Part shown: piece by piece, positions 1-9,720 of the stretch
How positions within the stretch are numbered: position 1 is the first letter of the stretch
Layout of the letters: each line of letters begins with the position of its first letter
Source: Opitutales bacterium
GTDB taxonomy: Bacteria > Verrucomicrobiota > Verrucomicrobiia > Opitutales > UBA2987
DNA: 64,000 nt
Assembly: GCA_965226885.1 (NCBI GenBank)
Contig: CBDDEL010000015.1
Location: 384,001-448,000, forward strand
Direction: 5' to 3'
Notes under the pieces: generated by a model
Told to the model about the DNA's origin: nothing
Database searches by the model: none
The model's input: only the letters and a program-made list of their open reading frames with translations
Translations under genes and position numbers: made by a program

Positions 1-307
1 GGACAGGCGTTTTTTTCAGAGGGGTGACGATGGGAGCCTCTTCAACGTCACGGCGGGATTACCCACTGATTGATTGGGCGGGGGAGGTTGAGCATCTGAG
101 CCAGTTGCGATATACAAGTTGCGATATACATATTATTCAGGTCATCCATCCAATCTTTTATAAAAAAGGGGGGGAACCTGATTTGACACGCATCATCCAG
201 ATTTTGTTGGATTTTACAACCCACTTCAAATAGAATAAGAATAATAAAATAATGGAGAAGAAAAAAGACAATGTATGTGGGAAATATCCCATTAATTGAT
301 ATCGAAC

Positions 308-1423
308 ATGCTGCAAATCCCCAGACGAATCTCCTTGATATCCGAAACGGCCTCTATTTTGAGGGATGGGATCAATAAGGGACATTGGAAGGGAACCCTT
401 CCGGGGGAGCGCGTCCTTTGCGACCAGTTGCACATCAGCCGTCCAACCTTGCGGGCCGCCCTTTCACTCTTGCAAAGGGAAGGAATGATTCGGGTTACTC
501 ATGGCAAGCGGCGTAAGATTTTCCCTGTTGAAAAGATACCTGTGTTCGCCCCGATACCTGTGTTCGCCCCAAAGAGGATGATCGGATTAATTATTAACAA
601 ACCAATATCCGAAATCTCTCACCTATCCTTCCAGGTATTGATGGAGGCACGCCATCATCTTCACTTGGGGGGATTCGAAACTGAAATCTTCATTTCGCCC
701 ACCCAGGAATTTCGTCATCAAAGGTTGAAATTAGAAAACTTCATTAGAAAGCATTCAGTATCCTGCTGTATCCTCCTGCTCTCCTCCGAGGAACAGCAAA
801 AATGGTTTTACCAAAAAGGCATTCCGGCTTTGGTCTTCGGTTCCAATTACCCCTCTGTCAAGTTATCCTCTCTGGACGTGGATAATTATGCGGTGTGCCG
901 TCATGCAGCCGGTATCTTTCTAGGTCGCGGCCATCGACGGTTGGCTTTCATACGGTCCGATAATCGAATTGCCGGAGACCGTGCCAGCGCAGAAGGCTTT
1001 ATGGATGGGATCACGCAGTCCCGTCATGCCAAGGCCAAAGGGACTGTCATCCGCCACAAGGACACAAGGCGGGATCTTATTCGCCGGTTAGATGGGCTCC
1101 TTGATTCCGAGGACTTAAGACCGACGGGGATTCTTACCTCGAGACCTCTGGAAACCTTGATGGTGGTAATGCACCTGCTGAAAAGAGGCATAACTCTTCC
1201 CGAGGATATTTCATTGATCGCGCGCGACAGGGATCATTCTTTTAATTTTCTAGAGCCGAAAATCGCCCACTACGCTTACCCCAGGGATCTGTTTTCGCGC
1301 CGATTGACGCGGGTCATTCTTTCGCTCCTCGATAACGTGACGGTTTACACCAGCAGAAATCTGATCCAATCGGAATTCATTGATGGGGAGAGCCTGGGCA
1401 CTGTCGATCCCGCTCCGGATTAA
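308..1423 (+). CDS. GntR-type HTH + LacI/periplasmic-binding-fold transcriptional regulator
   Basis: N-terminal LPGERVLCDQLHISRPTLRAAL (GntR wHTH); C-terminal LDVDNYAVCRHAAGIFLGRGHRRLAFI (LacI sensor domain). ATG 308 preferred over TTG 296. Contains an in-frame 18-bp duplication (IPVFAP x2). Confidence 0.85.
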   Translation: MLQIPRRISLISETASILRDGINKGHWKGTLPGERVLCDQLHISRPTLRAALSLLQREGMIRVTHGKRRKIFPVEKIPVFAPIPVFAPKRMIGLIINKPISEISHLSFQVLMEARHHLHLGGFETEIFISPTQEFRHQRLKLENFIRKHSVSCCILLLSSEEQQKWFYQKGIPALVFGSNYPSVKLSSLDVDNYAVCRHAAGIFLGRGHRRLAFIRSDNRIAGDRASAEGFMDGITQSRHAKAKGTVIRHKDTRRDLIRRLDGLLDSEDLRPTGILTSRPLETLMVVMHLLKRGITLPEDISLIARDRDHSFNFLEPKIAHYAYPRDLFSRRLTRVILSLLDNVTVYTSRNLIQSEFIDGESLGTVDPAPD

Positions 1424-1679
1424 AATCGGGACCGGTCGATCGCGGCTCCTTTTCAGGATCGACCGATCTGAAAATTAGACCGGGTTGAAGGCTGCTGCGG
1501 GGGCATAGGCCGACCCGTTCCATTCGCGCGAGAAATCTTCAGTGGTAAAAAAATCTGTCCTTTATCGTGTCATTGACGGTCCTCTTTCCGCACCCACCCT
1601 GCATAAAGAAGTGAACCACTTCACTGTCCAGGTGTTCAGGGAATCGGAAAAAGCCCAATCCTGCTCGGTAAACCGATTT

Positions 1680-1746
1680 GATTTGACTTGATTTGGTAAT
1701 CCAGCATGATTTGACTTGATTTGGTAATCCAGCATGATTTGACTTG
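1680..1746. repeat. 28-bp tandem duplication (x2.4)
   Basis: gatttgacttgatttggtaatccagcat at 1680 and 1708, partial copy at 1736. Confidence 0.95.
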
Positions 1747-1813
1747 GCTAAGGATGGATCAAAATTTGGACAGAAGCGAACATCAAAAAGATTGTTACTC
1801 ATCGATCGATCGA

Positions 1814-4006
1814 ATGAAATCTTACACGTCCACGACTAGTAGGTTATCCACTGATATCAGGTTGAGGGAAAATTTCGTCCTCTTCCGGAAATATCAGCGC
1901 AGGTTTGGAAAAGTCAACCGGCAACTCCAGAGGCAGCTTGAAAATGGGGCCGTTTCGCGCCTGCCACCCGGGAGTCGATGCTGCCTCCTGCGAAGATACA
2001 TTGCTCTTAAAGCTCAACTGGAGCGGCTCAAGAGGCGTCTCTTGAGAATAGCGGGGATTGCCGGCCTCAGTCTGGCCTTGGCCTCTTCCTGGTCCCACGC
2101 CGATGTATCGAGTCCGATAGACCTGTCCAGTCTGGACGGGAACAACGGTTTCATCATTAACGGCATTGACCCGATTGATCAAAGTGGCCATGCGGTGAGC
2201 AACGCCGGAGACGTAAACGGGGACGGCTTCGACGACTTGATTATAGGCGCCGGTGATGCCGGCCAGATTGGTAGAGCGAAAAATGGCGAGACTTACGTGG
2301 TGTTTGGCCGAGCGGGCGGCTTCCCATCCACCCTGGAGTTGAGCGAACTGGACGGGAGCGATGGCTTTGTCCTTATCGGCATCAGCGCAGGTGACCAATC
2401 GGGCCGTTCGGTGAGCGGCGCCGGGGATGTAAACGGGGACGGTTTCGACGACATCATCATCGGTGTCCCTGATGGCGACCCCGTCGAAATCGTTGATGGC
2501 GAACCCAAGGGAAGACTCAATGCGGGAGAATGCTACGTAGTGTTTGGTCATGATGATCCCTTCGAGGCCACTGTGCAGTTGGGCATATTGGTAGGCCCTA
2601 CTTTTGTGCCCACTCTGGACGGGAGCAATGGCTATGTCATTAATGGCATCCTCCAGGAAGACCAGGCTGGATATGCGGTGAGCGCCGCCGGGGACGTAAA
2701 CGGGGACGGCTTCGACGACCTCATTATCGGCGCCTATGATTTCGATCCCGAGGCTCGCATTAACGCCGGAGGAAGCTTCGTGGTGTTTGGTCATGGGCCC
2801 CCCTTCGAGGCGGTTCAGGAGTTGCGCGATCTGGACGGGAGCGATGGCTTTGCCATTTACGGCATCGGCGCGGGGAACCAAGTCGGACGGGCGGTGAGCG
2901 GCGCCGGGGACGTAAACGGGGACGGCTTCGACGACGTCATCATCAGCTCCTACGTCGCCAGCAATAGGCTGACGGGCGAGAGCTACGTCGTGTTTGGGAA
3001 GGCAAGCGGCCTCGGGGCAATTCTGCAGCTATCGGCCCTTAACGGGAGCAACGGTTTCGTCATAAAAGGCATCAAGGAGCGGGACAACTCCGGCCGTACC
3101 GTCAGCGGCGCCGGGGACATAAACGGGGACGGTTTCGACGATCTCATCATTGGCGCCGATCGTGGCGACCCCGTCGGTCGCACCGATGCCGGAGAAAGCT
3201 ACGTCGTGTTTGGAAAGGCAAGCGGTTTCCCGGCCAGCCTGCAGGCGTCGAGCCTGAATGGAAGCAACGGCTTTACCATCAATGGCACCGACCAGTTTGA
3301 ACAATCCGGTATTGCCGTGAGCGATGCCGGGGATGTAAACGGGGACGGCTTCGACGACCTCATCGTCGGCGCCCACATCGCCGCCCCCGGCGGTCGCGGT
3401 GAAGCGGGAAGAAGCTACGTCGTTTACGGTCATGGGGGCGGCTTCGGGGCCAACTTCGAGCTTTCCAGTCTGGATGGAACCAATGGCTTTGTCATCAACG
3501 GCATCAAGGTGCGGGACAAATCCGGTTTTGCGGTCAGTGGCGCCGGGGATGTGGACGGGGACGGTTTCGACGACCTCATCATCGGCGCCTATCAAGCCGA
3601 CCCCCACGGTACCAATGCGGCTGGACAAAGTTACGTGGTCTTCGGCGATGGCGAAGCCGTTGCAACAGATGTCTTCGGAGGGGTCGATATCGACGGGTTT
3701 CCCGGCTGGAAGGCCTCACCCTGGTATCTGAATTACAACGTCGATTTCGAGCCCTGGATTTACCACGACGAACACGGTTGGCAGTTCCTTTTCGATGGCA
3801 GCACGGAGCAGGTTATCTACTTGTGGGATTTGGGCCTGGCAAATTGGATCTTCCTGAATGAAAGCAACTACCGTTGGGAATACCTATTCGGGCCCGAGCA
3901 AGGATGGATTTTTACTTTCGCAGACAATACACCGGAAAGGCGCTTTTTCCAAAAGCTTGACGACGGCAGCATCTTCAGCGTACCACCCGGACTTCCGGTT
4001 CAATAG
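1814..4006 (+). CDS. Secreted integrin-alpha-type FG-GAP repeat protein (7 repeats) with long basic leader and Trp/Tyr-rich C-terminal domain
   Basis: Seven AGD(V/I)(N/D)GDGFDDxII(G/S)...G.(S/T/C)(Y/F)VV(F/Y)G repeats; h-region IAGIAGLSLALASSWSHA|D. Start uncertain (ORF is open from 1721, inside a tandem repeat). Confidence 0.85.
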   Translation: MKSYTSTTSRLSTDIRLRENFVLFRKYQRRFGKVNRQLQRQLENGAVSRLPPGSRCCLLRRYIALKAQLERLKRRLLRIAGIAGLSLALASSWSHADVSSPIDLSSLDGNNGFIINGIDPIDQSGHAVSNAGDVNGDGFDDLIIGAGDAGQIGRAKNGETYVVFGRAGGFPSTLELSELDGSDGFVLIGISAGDQSGRSVSGAGDVNGDGFDDIIIGVPDGDPVEIVDGEPKGRLNAGECYVVFGHDDPFEATVQLGILVGPTFVPTLDGSNGYVINGILQEDQAGYAVSAAGDVNGDGFDDLIIGAYDFDPEARINAGGSFVVFGHGPPFEAVQELRDLDGSDGFAIYGIGAGNQVGRAVSGAGDVNGDGFDDVIISSYVASNRLTGESYVVFGKASGLGAILQLSALNGSNGFVIKGIKERDNSGRTVSGAGDINGDGFDDLIIGADRGDPVGRTDAGESYVVFGKASGFPASLQASSLNGSNGFTINGTDQFEQSGIAVSDAGDVNGDGFDDLIVGAHIAAPGGRGEAGRSYVVYGHGGGFGANFELSSLDGTNGFVINGIKVRDKSGFAVSGAGDVDGDGFDDLIIGAYQADPHGTNAAGQSYVVFGDGEAVATDVFGGVDIDGFPGWKASPWYLNYNVDFEPWIYHDEHGWQFLFDGSTEQVIYLWDLGLANWIFLNESNYRWEYLFGPEQGWIFTFADNTPERRFFQKLDDGSIFSVPPGLPVQ

Positions 4007-4062
4007 CACAATTTTCAATCTGGTTTTCCAAGCTTTCTTTTTTTTGGTCGGGTCGGGTCGTA

Positions 4063-5184
4063 TTGAAGGCCCTTAACTGTTCTATACTCCAAAAAAACTC
4101 CAAAAAAACTTTGGACGAAATTAAAGATAATTTACCCCGGGGTCAGGAAAAGAAATTTGAAGCAGTCGCGTCTCGCCAGTTCACTTCGTGGTTGCTCGAG
4201 CAACGAGTGAGCCTGGCTTTTACGACCTACCAGACAGGCAAGTTGTTTCTCATTGGTCTCGGACAAGACGGGCGGCTCAGTATATCCGAACGTACCTTCT
4301 CCCGTTGCATGGGACTCTGCGCAGCGGACAGCAATACCCTCTACATGAGCAGTCTCTACCAGCTCTGGAGATTTGAAAACGCCATACCGCTTGGACAGAC
4401 TACCAACGGTTATGATCGCCTTTATGTGCCGCAGGTAGCTTATACTACGGCGGATCTGGACCTGCACGACATTGCTATGGATGACCGGGGCAGCCCTCTT
4501 TTCGTTAACACCCTATTTTCCTGTCTGGCGAGGCCCAGCGAAACGCACAGCTTCGTCCCAATCTGGAAGCCGAAATTCATCAGCAGATTGGCAGCGGAGG
4601 ATCGCTGCCATTTAAACGGACTGGCCATGGAGACAGGTAAACCCCGCTACGTCACCGCCGTAGCTACCACTGACGTGCACGAGGGCTGGAGGGAGCACCG
4701 CAAAGAGGGCGGGGTAGTCATCGATGTGGAGAGCGATGAAATTGTCGCCCGTGGTCTCTCCATGCCACATTCCCCGCGCCTCCACGATGGAAAGCTCTAC
4801 CTAGTCAATTCCGGCAAGGGAGAATTCGGAACATTGGACCTGCAAAGTGGAAAATTCGAGTCCATCGCTTTTTGTCCCGGCTATGCCCGCGGGATGACCC
4901 TCATCGGCAAGTTTGCCATCGTCGGCCTTTCCCAGATACGCGACAATAAGACATTTTCGGACCTTCCTCTGGATGCCGCCCTGAAGGAAAAGAAAGTCGA
5001 GGCCCGTTGCGGGCTGCAAGTGATCGATCTATGCTCAGGTGATTCTGTTCATTCCCTGAATTTCCGTGGAATCGTGAAAGAACTCTATGATGTGGTGGCC
5101 CTTCACGGGGTTTCACGACCTACCGCTCTCGGCTTTAAAACCGATGAAATTCGGCGAATCATTACGATCGGAGATGACGATTAA
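4063..5184 (+). CDS. TIGR03032 (DUF4915) family protein
   Basis: Motifs SLAFTTYQTGKL, VNTLFSCL, PKFISRLAAEDRCHLNGLA, GLSMPHSPR. True start may be TTG 4111. Confidence 0.88.
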   Translation: MKALNCSILQKNSKKTLDEIKDNLPRGQEKKFEAVASRQFTSWLLEQRVSLAFTTYQTGKLFLIGLGQDGRLSISERTFSRCMGLCAADSNTLYMSSLYQLWRFENAIPLGQTTNGYDRLYVPQVAYTTADLDLHDIAMDDRGSPLFVNTLFSCLARPSETHSFVPIWKPKFISRLAAEDRCHLNGLAMETGKPRYVTAVATTDVHEGWREHRKEGGVVIDVESDEIVARGLSMPHSPRLHDGKLYLVNSGKGEFGTLDLQSGKFESIAFCPGYARGMTLIGKFAIVGLSQIRDNKTFSDLPLDAALKEKKVEARCGLQVIDLCSGDSVHSLNFRGIVKELYDVVALHGVSRPTALGFKTDEIRRIITIGDDD

Positions 5185-5300
5185 TGATTCCCTTCGTACT
5201 GGTCTAAAAACCTGTCCGTTATTCCGGACTTTACCTTTTTGTTGCGAAGAAGCGTAAAATCAGGCTGAAATTCTTAGAAGCAAAACTTCTTCCTTTTTCC

Positions 5301-6104
5301 ATGATTTCCCAGGTTATGACTGAAATATGTGACTTCAATCGCACTTACGTTCGTTGGGGGTTCGACACATTGATAAAAGCCCCCATAACGGTTTCTCACA
5401 AGCCTCCGCATACTTTTAACAAAGTGCGCGTGCCAGCTGAATGCCTGGCCGAGGCGAGGGATAGAAAAACCGGCCAGGCCACTTCGTATCTCCTCGGCGC
5501 AGCCTGCAAAACGGAACGAGTTGGAGTCGAACAGGACATCTGGACCGAACCCAATGCCGATTTCTTCCCCGTCGCTTCGGCGGAAAATATGCTAATCATT
5601 AAAAAATGGGATCGCTGCGATAAAGGAGTCATGCGCTATCCGGAAAGCCTCGGGGTTCAACCGGAGCGCCAGTTCGAGAAAACCTCGGACGCCTATACCC
5701 ATTTTGCTCGGGAAATAAACAAAGGCCCGGGTATTGTTGTGGATGATATCGAGGAAATGATAAGCATATTGGAATCGGGCCAACACATGGTATCCAGGAC
5801 CTTGATAGCAACCGAACATTATGACCTTATTCTGGAATATCCGGTAAAAACCGTTAACTGGAGCCCTCGGGAGAAATATTACCAGGTAGATACCGGCCCC
5901 GTTCTCCTTCCCGATTTGACCCTGCCGGCATCTGAAATCCACCAATCCTTCCAACTTGCCTATGTCGCGCATACGAAAAAGGATTGGGCGGAATTCCTGC
6001 TGCGCGTTCCAACTCCGGTGTCCGAGGATATACAGGTGCATCATTATTCGAAATCTGTCCGCATCGATTGTCAAAACAGCATGATCGCAGTGCAATCGGC
6101 CTAG
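5301..6104 (+). CDS. Hypothetical protein (267 aa)
   Basis: Long ORF heading a co-oriented cluster; no family recognised. Confidence 0.7.
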   Translation: MISQVMTEICDFNRTYVRWGFDTLIKAPITVSHKPPHTFNKVRVPAECLAEARDRKTGQATSYLLGAACKTERVGVEQDIWTEPNADFFPVASAENMLIIKKWDRCDKGVMRYPESLGVQPERQFEKTSDAYTHFAREINKGPGIVVDDIEEMISILESGQHMVSRTLIATEHYDLILEYPVKTVNWSPREKYYQVDTGPVLLPDLTLPASEIHQSFQLAYVAHTKKDWAEFLLRVPTPVSEDIQVHHYSKSVRIDCQNSMIAVQSA

Positions 6105-6148
6105 AAAACCGGGCCTCTCGAATTCCTCACTTCAACTAAATTGAACAA

Positions 6149-6400
6149 ATGGTGAATATGACTCTTTCCGAATGGATAGGTTCGCTGGGGGTGGCATTGC
6201 TGCTGCTGGCATTTGGTTTGAATTTGTTCGGGTGGTTGACACGCGCCTCGCGTAGTTACCAAAGTCTCAATGTGCTCGGGGCGAGCCTGGCCTGCTACGC
6301 CTCCTGGAGAATCGACTTCATGCCTTTCGTTGTGCTTGAGGCCACCTGGGCAGTGGTCGCGCTGACGGCGCTGTTGCGTCCCAATCAATCCGCCGCTTAA
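6149..6400 (+). CDS. Small membrane protein, CBU_0592-like
   Basis: Three hydrophobic segments; WIGSLGVALLLLAF...YQSLNVLGASL...PFVVLEATW. Confidence 0.7.
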   Translation: MVNMTLSEWIGSLGVALLLLAFGLNLFGWLTRASRSYQSLNVLGASLACYASWRIDFMPFVVLEATWAVVALTALLRPNQSAA

Positions 6401-6408
6401 CCATCACC

Positions 6409-7353
6409 ATGACAGGCCCGCAATTGAGAAAGCTGATCGTCGGCGCCATCGCCACGGTACCGACGGCTTTCGACGACAATTTCGAAATCGACCATGGACT
6501 TATGGCGGCCGCCACGGAGGGTTGGATCGAAGCCGGCCTGGTCAACGGCCAATCGACACTAAAGGTTGCTGCCTCCATTGGCGAAGGGCACCTGTTGCGG
6601 GAAGAGGAATGGCCGCGCCTGCTGCAAACGGTAGTCGAAGCTGCCAGGGGCCGCGTGCCGGTCCTGGGTGCAATCCATCACAAAGACACACGCCGCACAA
6701 TTGAAGATGCCAAACGGGCTGCCGATGTGGGCGTGCCTGCTTTGCAGATATCGCCGCCCATCTTCAATCTGCCAAGCCAGGAAGACATCCTGCGTTATTA
6801 CGGCGCCGTTTCCGACGCGGTTGAAATCGGCATCATTGTTTACACAACACCCTGGCTCAATCACGGTGCCATCCACCCCCAAACACTCGCCAGGATGGTC
6901 GATTTCGAGCAGGTCGTAGCCATCAAATGGTCGCCACCGCCAGAGGCTGAATACGCCGATGTATTTAAATTGGCCGACCGATTCAACATCCTCGACAATA
7001 ACAACGACCCGATTAGTTGTCACAAACTAGGGGGGCATGGCTTTCTCATCGACGGTGTGGAGGCTTATCCGCCTTTCTATCTGATTCTTTGGGAACTGAT
7101 CTTGCAGGGCCAATATGATAATGCCCAAGCAAAGTGGAACTCCTTCGTTGAACCGTTCGGGCAGTTCTTTAGCAAGGTAGTTACGAAATCCGGCAGCGAT
7201 TCCAAGGTGGCCAAGGGAATGTCTAAAATAATGGGCCTGGACCTGGGCCCGCCCCGCCCCCCATCGGTGCCGATGGATGAGCGGGAACTTGCTGAACTGC
7301 GCTCTATGATGATTAGCTGGGGTTGGCCAGTGCCGGATATCTCTGGTCAATAA
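6409..7353 (+). CDS. Dihydrodipicolinate synthase/N-acetylneuraminate lyase family aldolase
   Basis: TVPTAFDD, SIGEG, GRVPVLG, IIVYTTP, VVAIKWS (Schiff-base Lys). Confidence 0.85.
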   Translation: MTGPQLRKLIVGAIATVPTAFDDNFEIDHGLMAAATEGWIEAGLVNGQSTLKVAASIGEGHLLREEEWPRLLQTVVEAARGRVPVLGAIHHKDTRRTIEDAKRAADVGVPALQISPPIFNLPSQEDILRYYGAVSDAVEIGIIVYTTPWLNHGAIHPQTLARMVDFEQVVAIKWSPPPEAEYADVFKLADRFNILDNNNDPISCHKLGGHGFLIDGVEAYPPFYLILWELILQGQYDNAQAKWNSFVEPFGQFFSKVVTKSGSDSKVAKGMSKIMGLDLGPPRPPSVPMDERELAELRSMMISWGWPVPDISGQ

Positions 7354-7376
7354 GTAAAATTAAGGAAATTAATTAA

Positions 7377-7787
7377 ATGCCGGAAAATTCCAATCTGAAT
7401 GAAGTTATCCGCAGGAGCCGGGTCGTGGTCCGCAGGGGACGTTTCGCCTACCTTAAAGCACGGGCACAAACAGACTTGGCCAATCACTTCCTCATCTCCC
7501 GGGACCAGGATGAAATCACCATTGTTACGGAGGAGGCAAATGTCGCCGGGACTTCGTTTGAAGAGGGCGTCAAATGGTTTAAACTCATTGAAGTGAGGGT
7601 TTCCCAACCATTCGTGGCAAAAGGATTTATCGCCAGTATTACTAAGGCAATCTCGGATCGGGACCTGAATGTGCTCGTGATCTCTACATTCTCCAAGGAC
7701 TATTTTCTGATCCGGGAGGAATCAATTGAAGCCGCCGTTTCAGCCTTGCAGGATCTCGGGTTTCCCCTAACCTTTGAGGAATCGTAA
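7377..7787 (+). CDS. ACT-domain protein (ACT_7/CASTOR-like)
   Basis: DEITIVTEE; GFIASITKAI...LNVLVISTFSKDYFLI. Confidence 0.75.
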   Translation: MPENSNLNEVIRRSRVVVRRGRFAYLKARAQTDLANHFLISRDQDEITIVTEEANVAGTSFEEGVKWFKLIEVRVSQPFVAKGFIASITKAISDRDLNVLVISTFSKDYFLIREESIEAAVSALQDLGFPLTFEES

Positions 7788-7788
7788 T

Positions 7789-8589
7789 ATGGAAATCGGT
7801 TCACAACATCGAAAGCAATTCGAACAGGAAGGCTACCTGGTTGTTCGGAATCTGATCACGGGAAGTGATTTAGTCGAACTGGATCGTATGATCGATCACC
7901 TCCTGGACGGTGAGCTAAAACCTGAGACCGGCTACAAAGGCTGGAAGCCGGATCACTTTTATACGTTTTGGGAACCGGAGATGAAAGACCGCCCGGACAA
8001 ACCGCGCCGCGAACGTGTGCGCCTGATGTCGAATATGTTCCATCACCACCCGTATTTCAGGTCAATCGGCAGCCATCCGGCTATCTACGAAGTGGTATCG
8101 TCGCTTTTCCAAACCGGAGTGAAGATGTTCAGCGATACCGTGTTCATGAAATCCGCCCGCCACGGCATCGAAGCCGCCATGCACCAGGATACTTCTTTTT
8201 GGCCCAAGCTGGAACCAAATGCCATGAACTTCTGGCTCGCCATAGATCCAGCCACCATCGAAAACGGCTGTCTGCACATTATACCGGGCTCTCACACCAT
8301 AGACCTCCCGCACCACGATCATCCCGTCCAGGGAAATCTACTTCATGAGAACGAGGTGGAAATCGACAAGCTCATCCCCATCGAGATGGATCCGGGCGAC
8401 GGCATTTTTTTCAATAGCGGGTTGGTGCATAAAAGCTTTCCCAATCGGAGCGATCACAGCCGTCGCGCCTATGCAGCGGTCTATGGGGCGGAAAATCTGC
8501 GGCACCTGGAACCGTGGAAATTATCGACCATCGCCGAGGATGTCCCGGACTACAATTTCGAGCTGATCGAACCGCCTATTCGGGCATAA
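7789..8589 (+). CDS. Phytanoyl-CoA dioxygenase (PhyH) family Fe(II)/2OG dioxygenase
   Basis: HQD motif, WLAIDPATIENGCLHIIPGSH, distal H...NRS..RR. Confidence 0.88.
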   Translation: MEIGSQHRKQFEQEGYLVVRNLITGSDLVELDRMIDHLLDGELKPETGYKGWKPDHFYTFWEPEMKDRPDKPRRERVRLMSNMFHHHPYFRSIGSHPAIYEVVSSLFQTGVKMFSDTVFMKSARHGIEAAMHQDTSFWPKLEPNAMNFWLAIDPATIENGCLHIIPGSHTIDLPHHDHPVQGNLLHENEVEIDKLIPIEMDPGDGIFFNSGLVHKSFPNRSDHSRRAYAAVYGAENLRHLEPWKLSTIAEDVPDYNFELIEPPIRA

Positions 8590-8610
8590 CAATAAGAACC
8601 CAAGTGACGC

Positions 8611-9561
8611 TTACCAAGAGTGGGCCCACTCCATTTCGATATATTTCAGGGGCTCATCACCGATTACCTTGCTGCCATGGAACACCTGCTTGGGGGCAAA
8701 AACCAAATCTCCGGCCTTCACTTCCCGCGTTGTTGATCCAATTTCATAAAGCCCTCTGCCCGAAAAAATAAGAAAAGCCTGCTCGCGGTCGTGATGAGTA
8801 TGCGAAGGTGTCCCACCCCCTGTACCATACTCGGATAAGGCCGATCTTATCATCAGGCTGTTGCCTTTGAAATCCCGGCTTTCCAGGTCTTCGGGATAAA
8901 ACATGAGGGAGGCAGATAATTTGGTATGTCCTCCTGCCCCGATGACCTCCAATCCAGAGTCTTTTTGGCGGGCCGAAGGAGTCACCGTAATGTACCCACC
9001 TTCGCTGTAATAACTAAACGGGTGGGTAATTTCCGAACGTACCACAGGCGCGACGTTATCGTTGGGAATCGCGGCCTCTTCCGTCCAGATTGCTTTCACC
9101 AGGCGAAGCGGTTCGTCTCCCGTGACTTTTGCCTCAAAAGGCATTCCCGCCGGAACCAGGATGAAATTTTCCTTTTCGACATGAGAGCGGAAGGAGCCGA
9201 TCTGAATTTCGGCCGAGCCACCGGTAATTACGACCAATTTTTCACTTTTCCCCTTGGACGATTCCCAGGAGGCCTTTCCCCCGGGAGCGTATTCCAAACG
9301 AACTATGGTCGCCAGAATCGAGTTTGCCCGATGATCAAAATTCTTATTATCTTTCGGGGACACGAGCACCGCCATAGACTTGCCCCGCTCAACTTTGGAA
9401 TCGGGAACCGTCCGCACCGGATTGGTTTTTTCATTAAAGATCAAATGCCCCCATCCAGGACCTTCCGCGGATTGAAGACTCCCAGGCCAGGCAATGAAAA
9501 GAAAGAGAAAGGCAATTAAAGTCCTTTCAGGTTTGTTCCGAAGATATTTGCAGACGAACAT
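8611..9561 (-). CDS. Secreted bicupin protein
   Basis: Signal-like LIAFLFLFIAWPGSLQSA; two cupin domains, C-terminal one with TPSHTHHDREQ...PKQVFHG metal motif. The ORF-track extension to 9678 runs through a 41-bp duplication. Confidence 0.75.
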   Translation of the reverse strand: MFVCKYLRNKPERTLIAFLFLFIAWPGSLQSAEGPGWGHLIFNEKTNPVRTVPDSKVERGKSMAVLVSPKDNKNFDHRANSILATIVRLEYAPGGKASWESSKGKSEKLVVITGGSAEIQIGSFRSHVEKENFILVPAGMPFEAKVTGDEPLRLVKAIWTEEAAIPNDNVAPVVRSEITHPFSYYSEGGYITVTPSARQKDSGLEVIGAGGHTKLSASLMFYPEDLESRDFKGNSLMIRSALSEYGTGGGTPSHTHHDREQAFLIFSGRGLYEIGSTTREVKAGDLVFAPKQVFHGSKVIGDEPLKYIEMEWAHSW

Positions 9562-9566
9562 TACAA

Positions 9567-9648
9567 ATGAAAATGAAAACATTAGTGTCAGCTGTGAAAC
9601 CAGCAAGATGAAAATGAAAACATTAGTGTCAGCTGTGAAACCAGCAAG
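9567..9648. repeat. 41-bp perfect tandem duplication in divergent promoter region
   Basis: atgaaaatgaaaacattagtgtcagctgtgaaaccagcaag x2. Confidence 0.97.
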
Positions 9649-9720
9649 TAATCTAATCTGGATAAGAGTTATGACCATTGGAAGGTTATTGTCCGGCCCG
9701 TCTCTGCTCTAAAGGTAATA

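Noticed and set aside
2200..3600. Nucleotide repeats gacgtaaacggggacggcttcgacgac as a non-coding repeat array
   Set aside because: Fully explained by the coding FG-GAP repeats
9562..9678. N-terminal extensions in the ORF track (cupin to 9678; also 1721, 45357, 57007 starts)
   Set aside because: They run through duplications, intergenic DNA or IS ends; family-typical starts lie downstream
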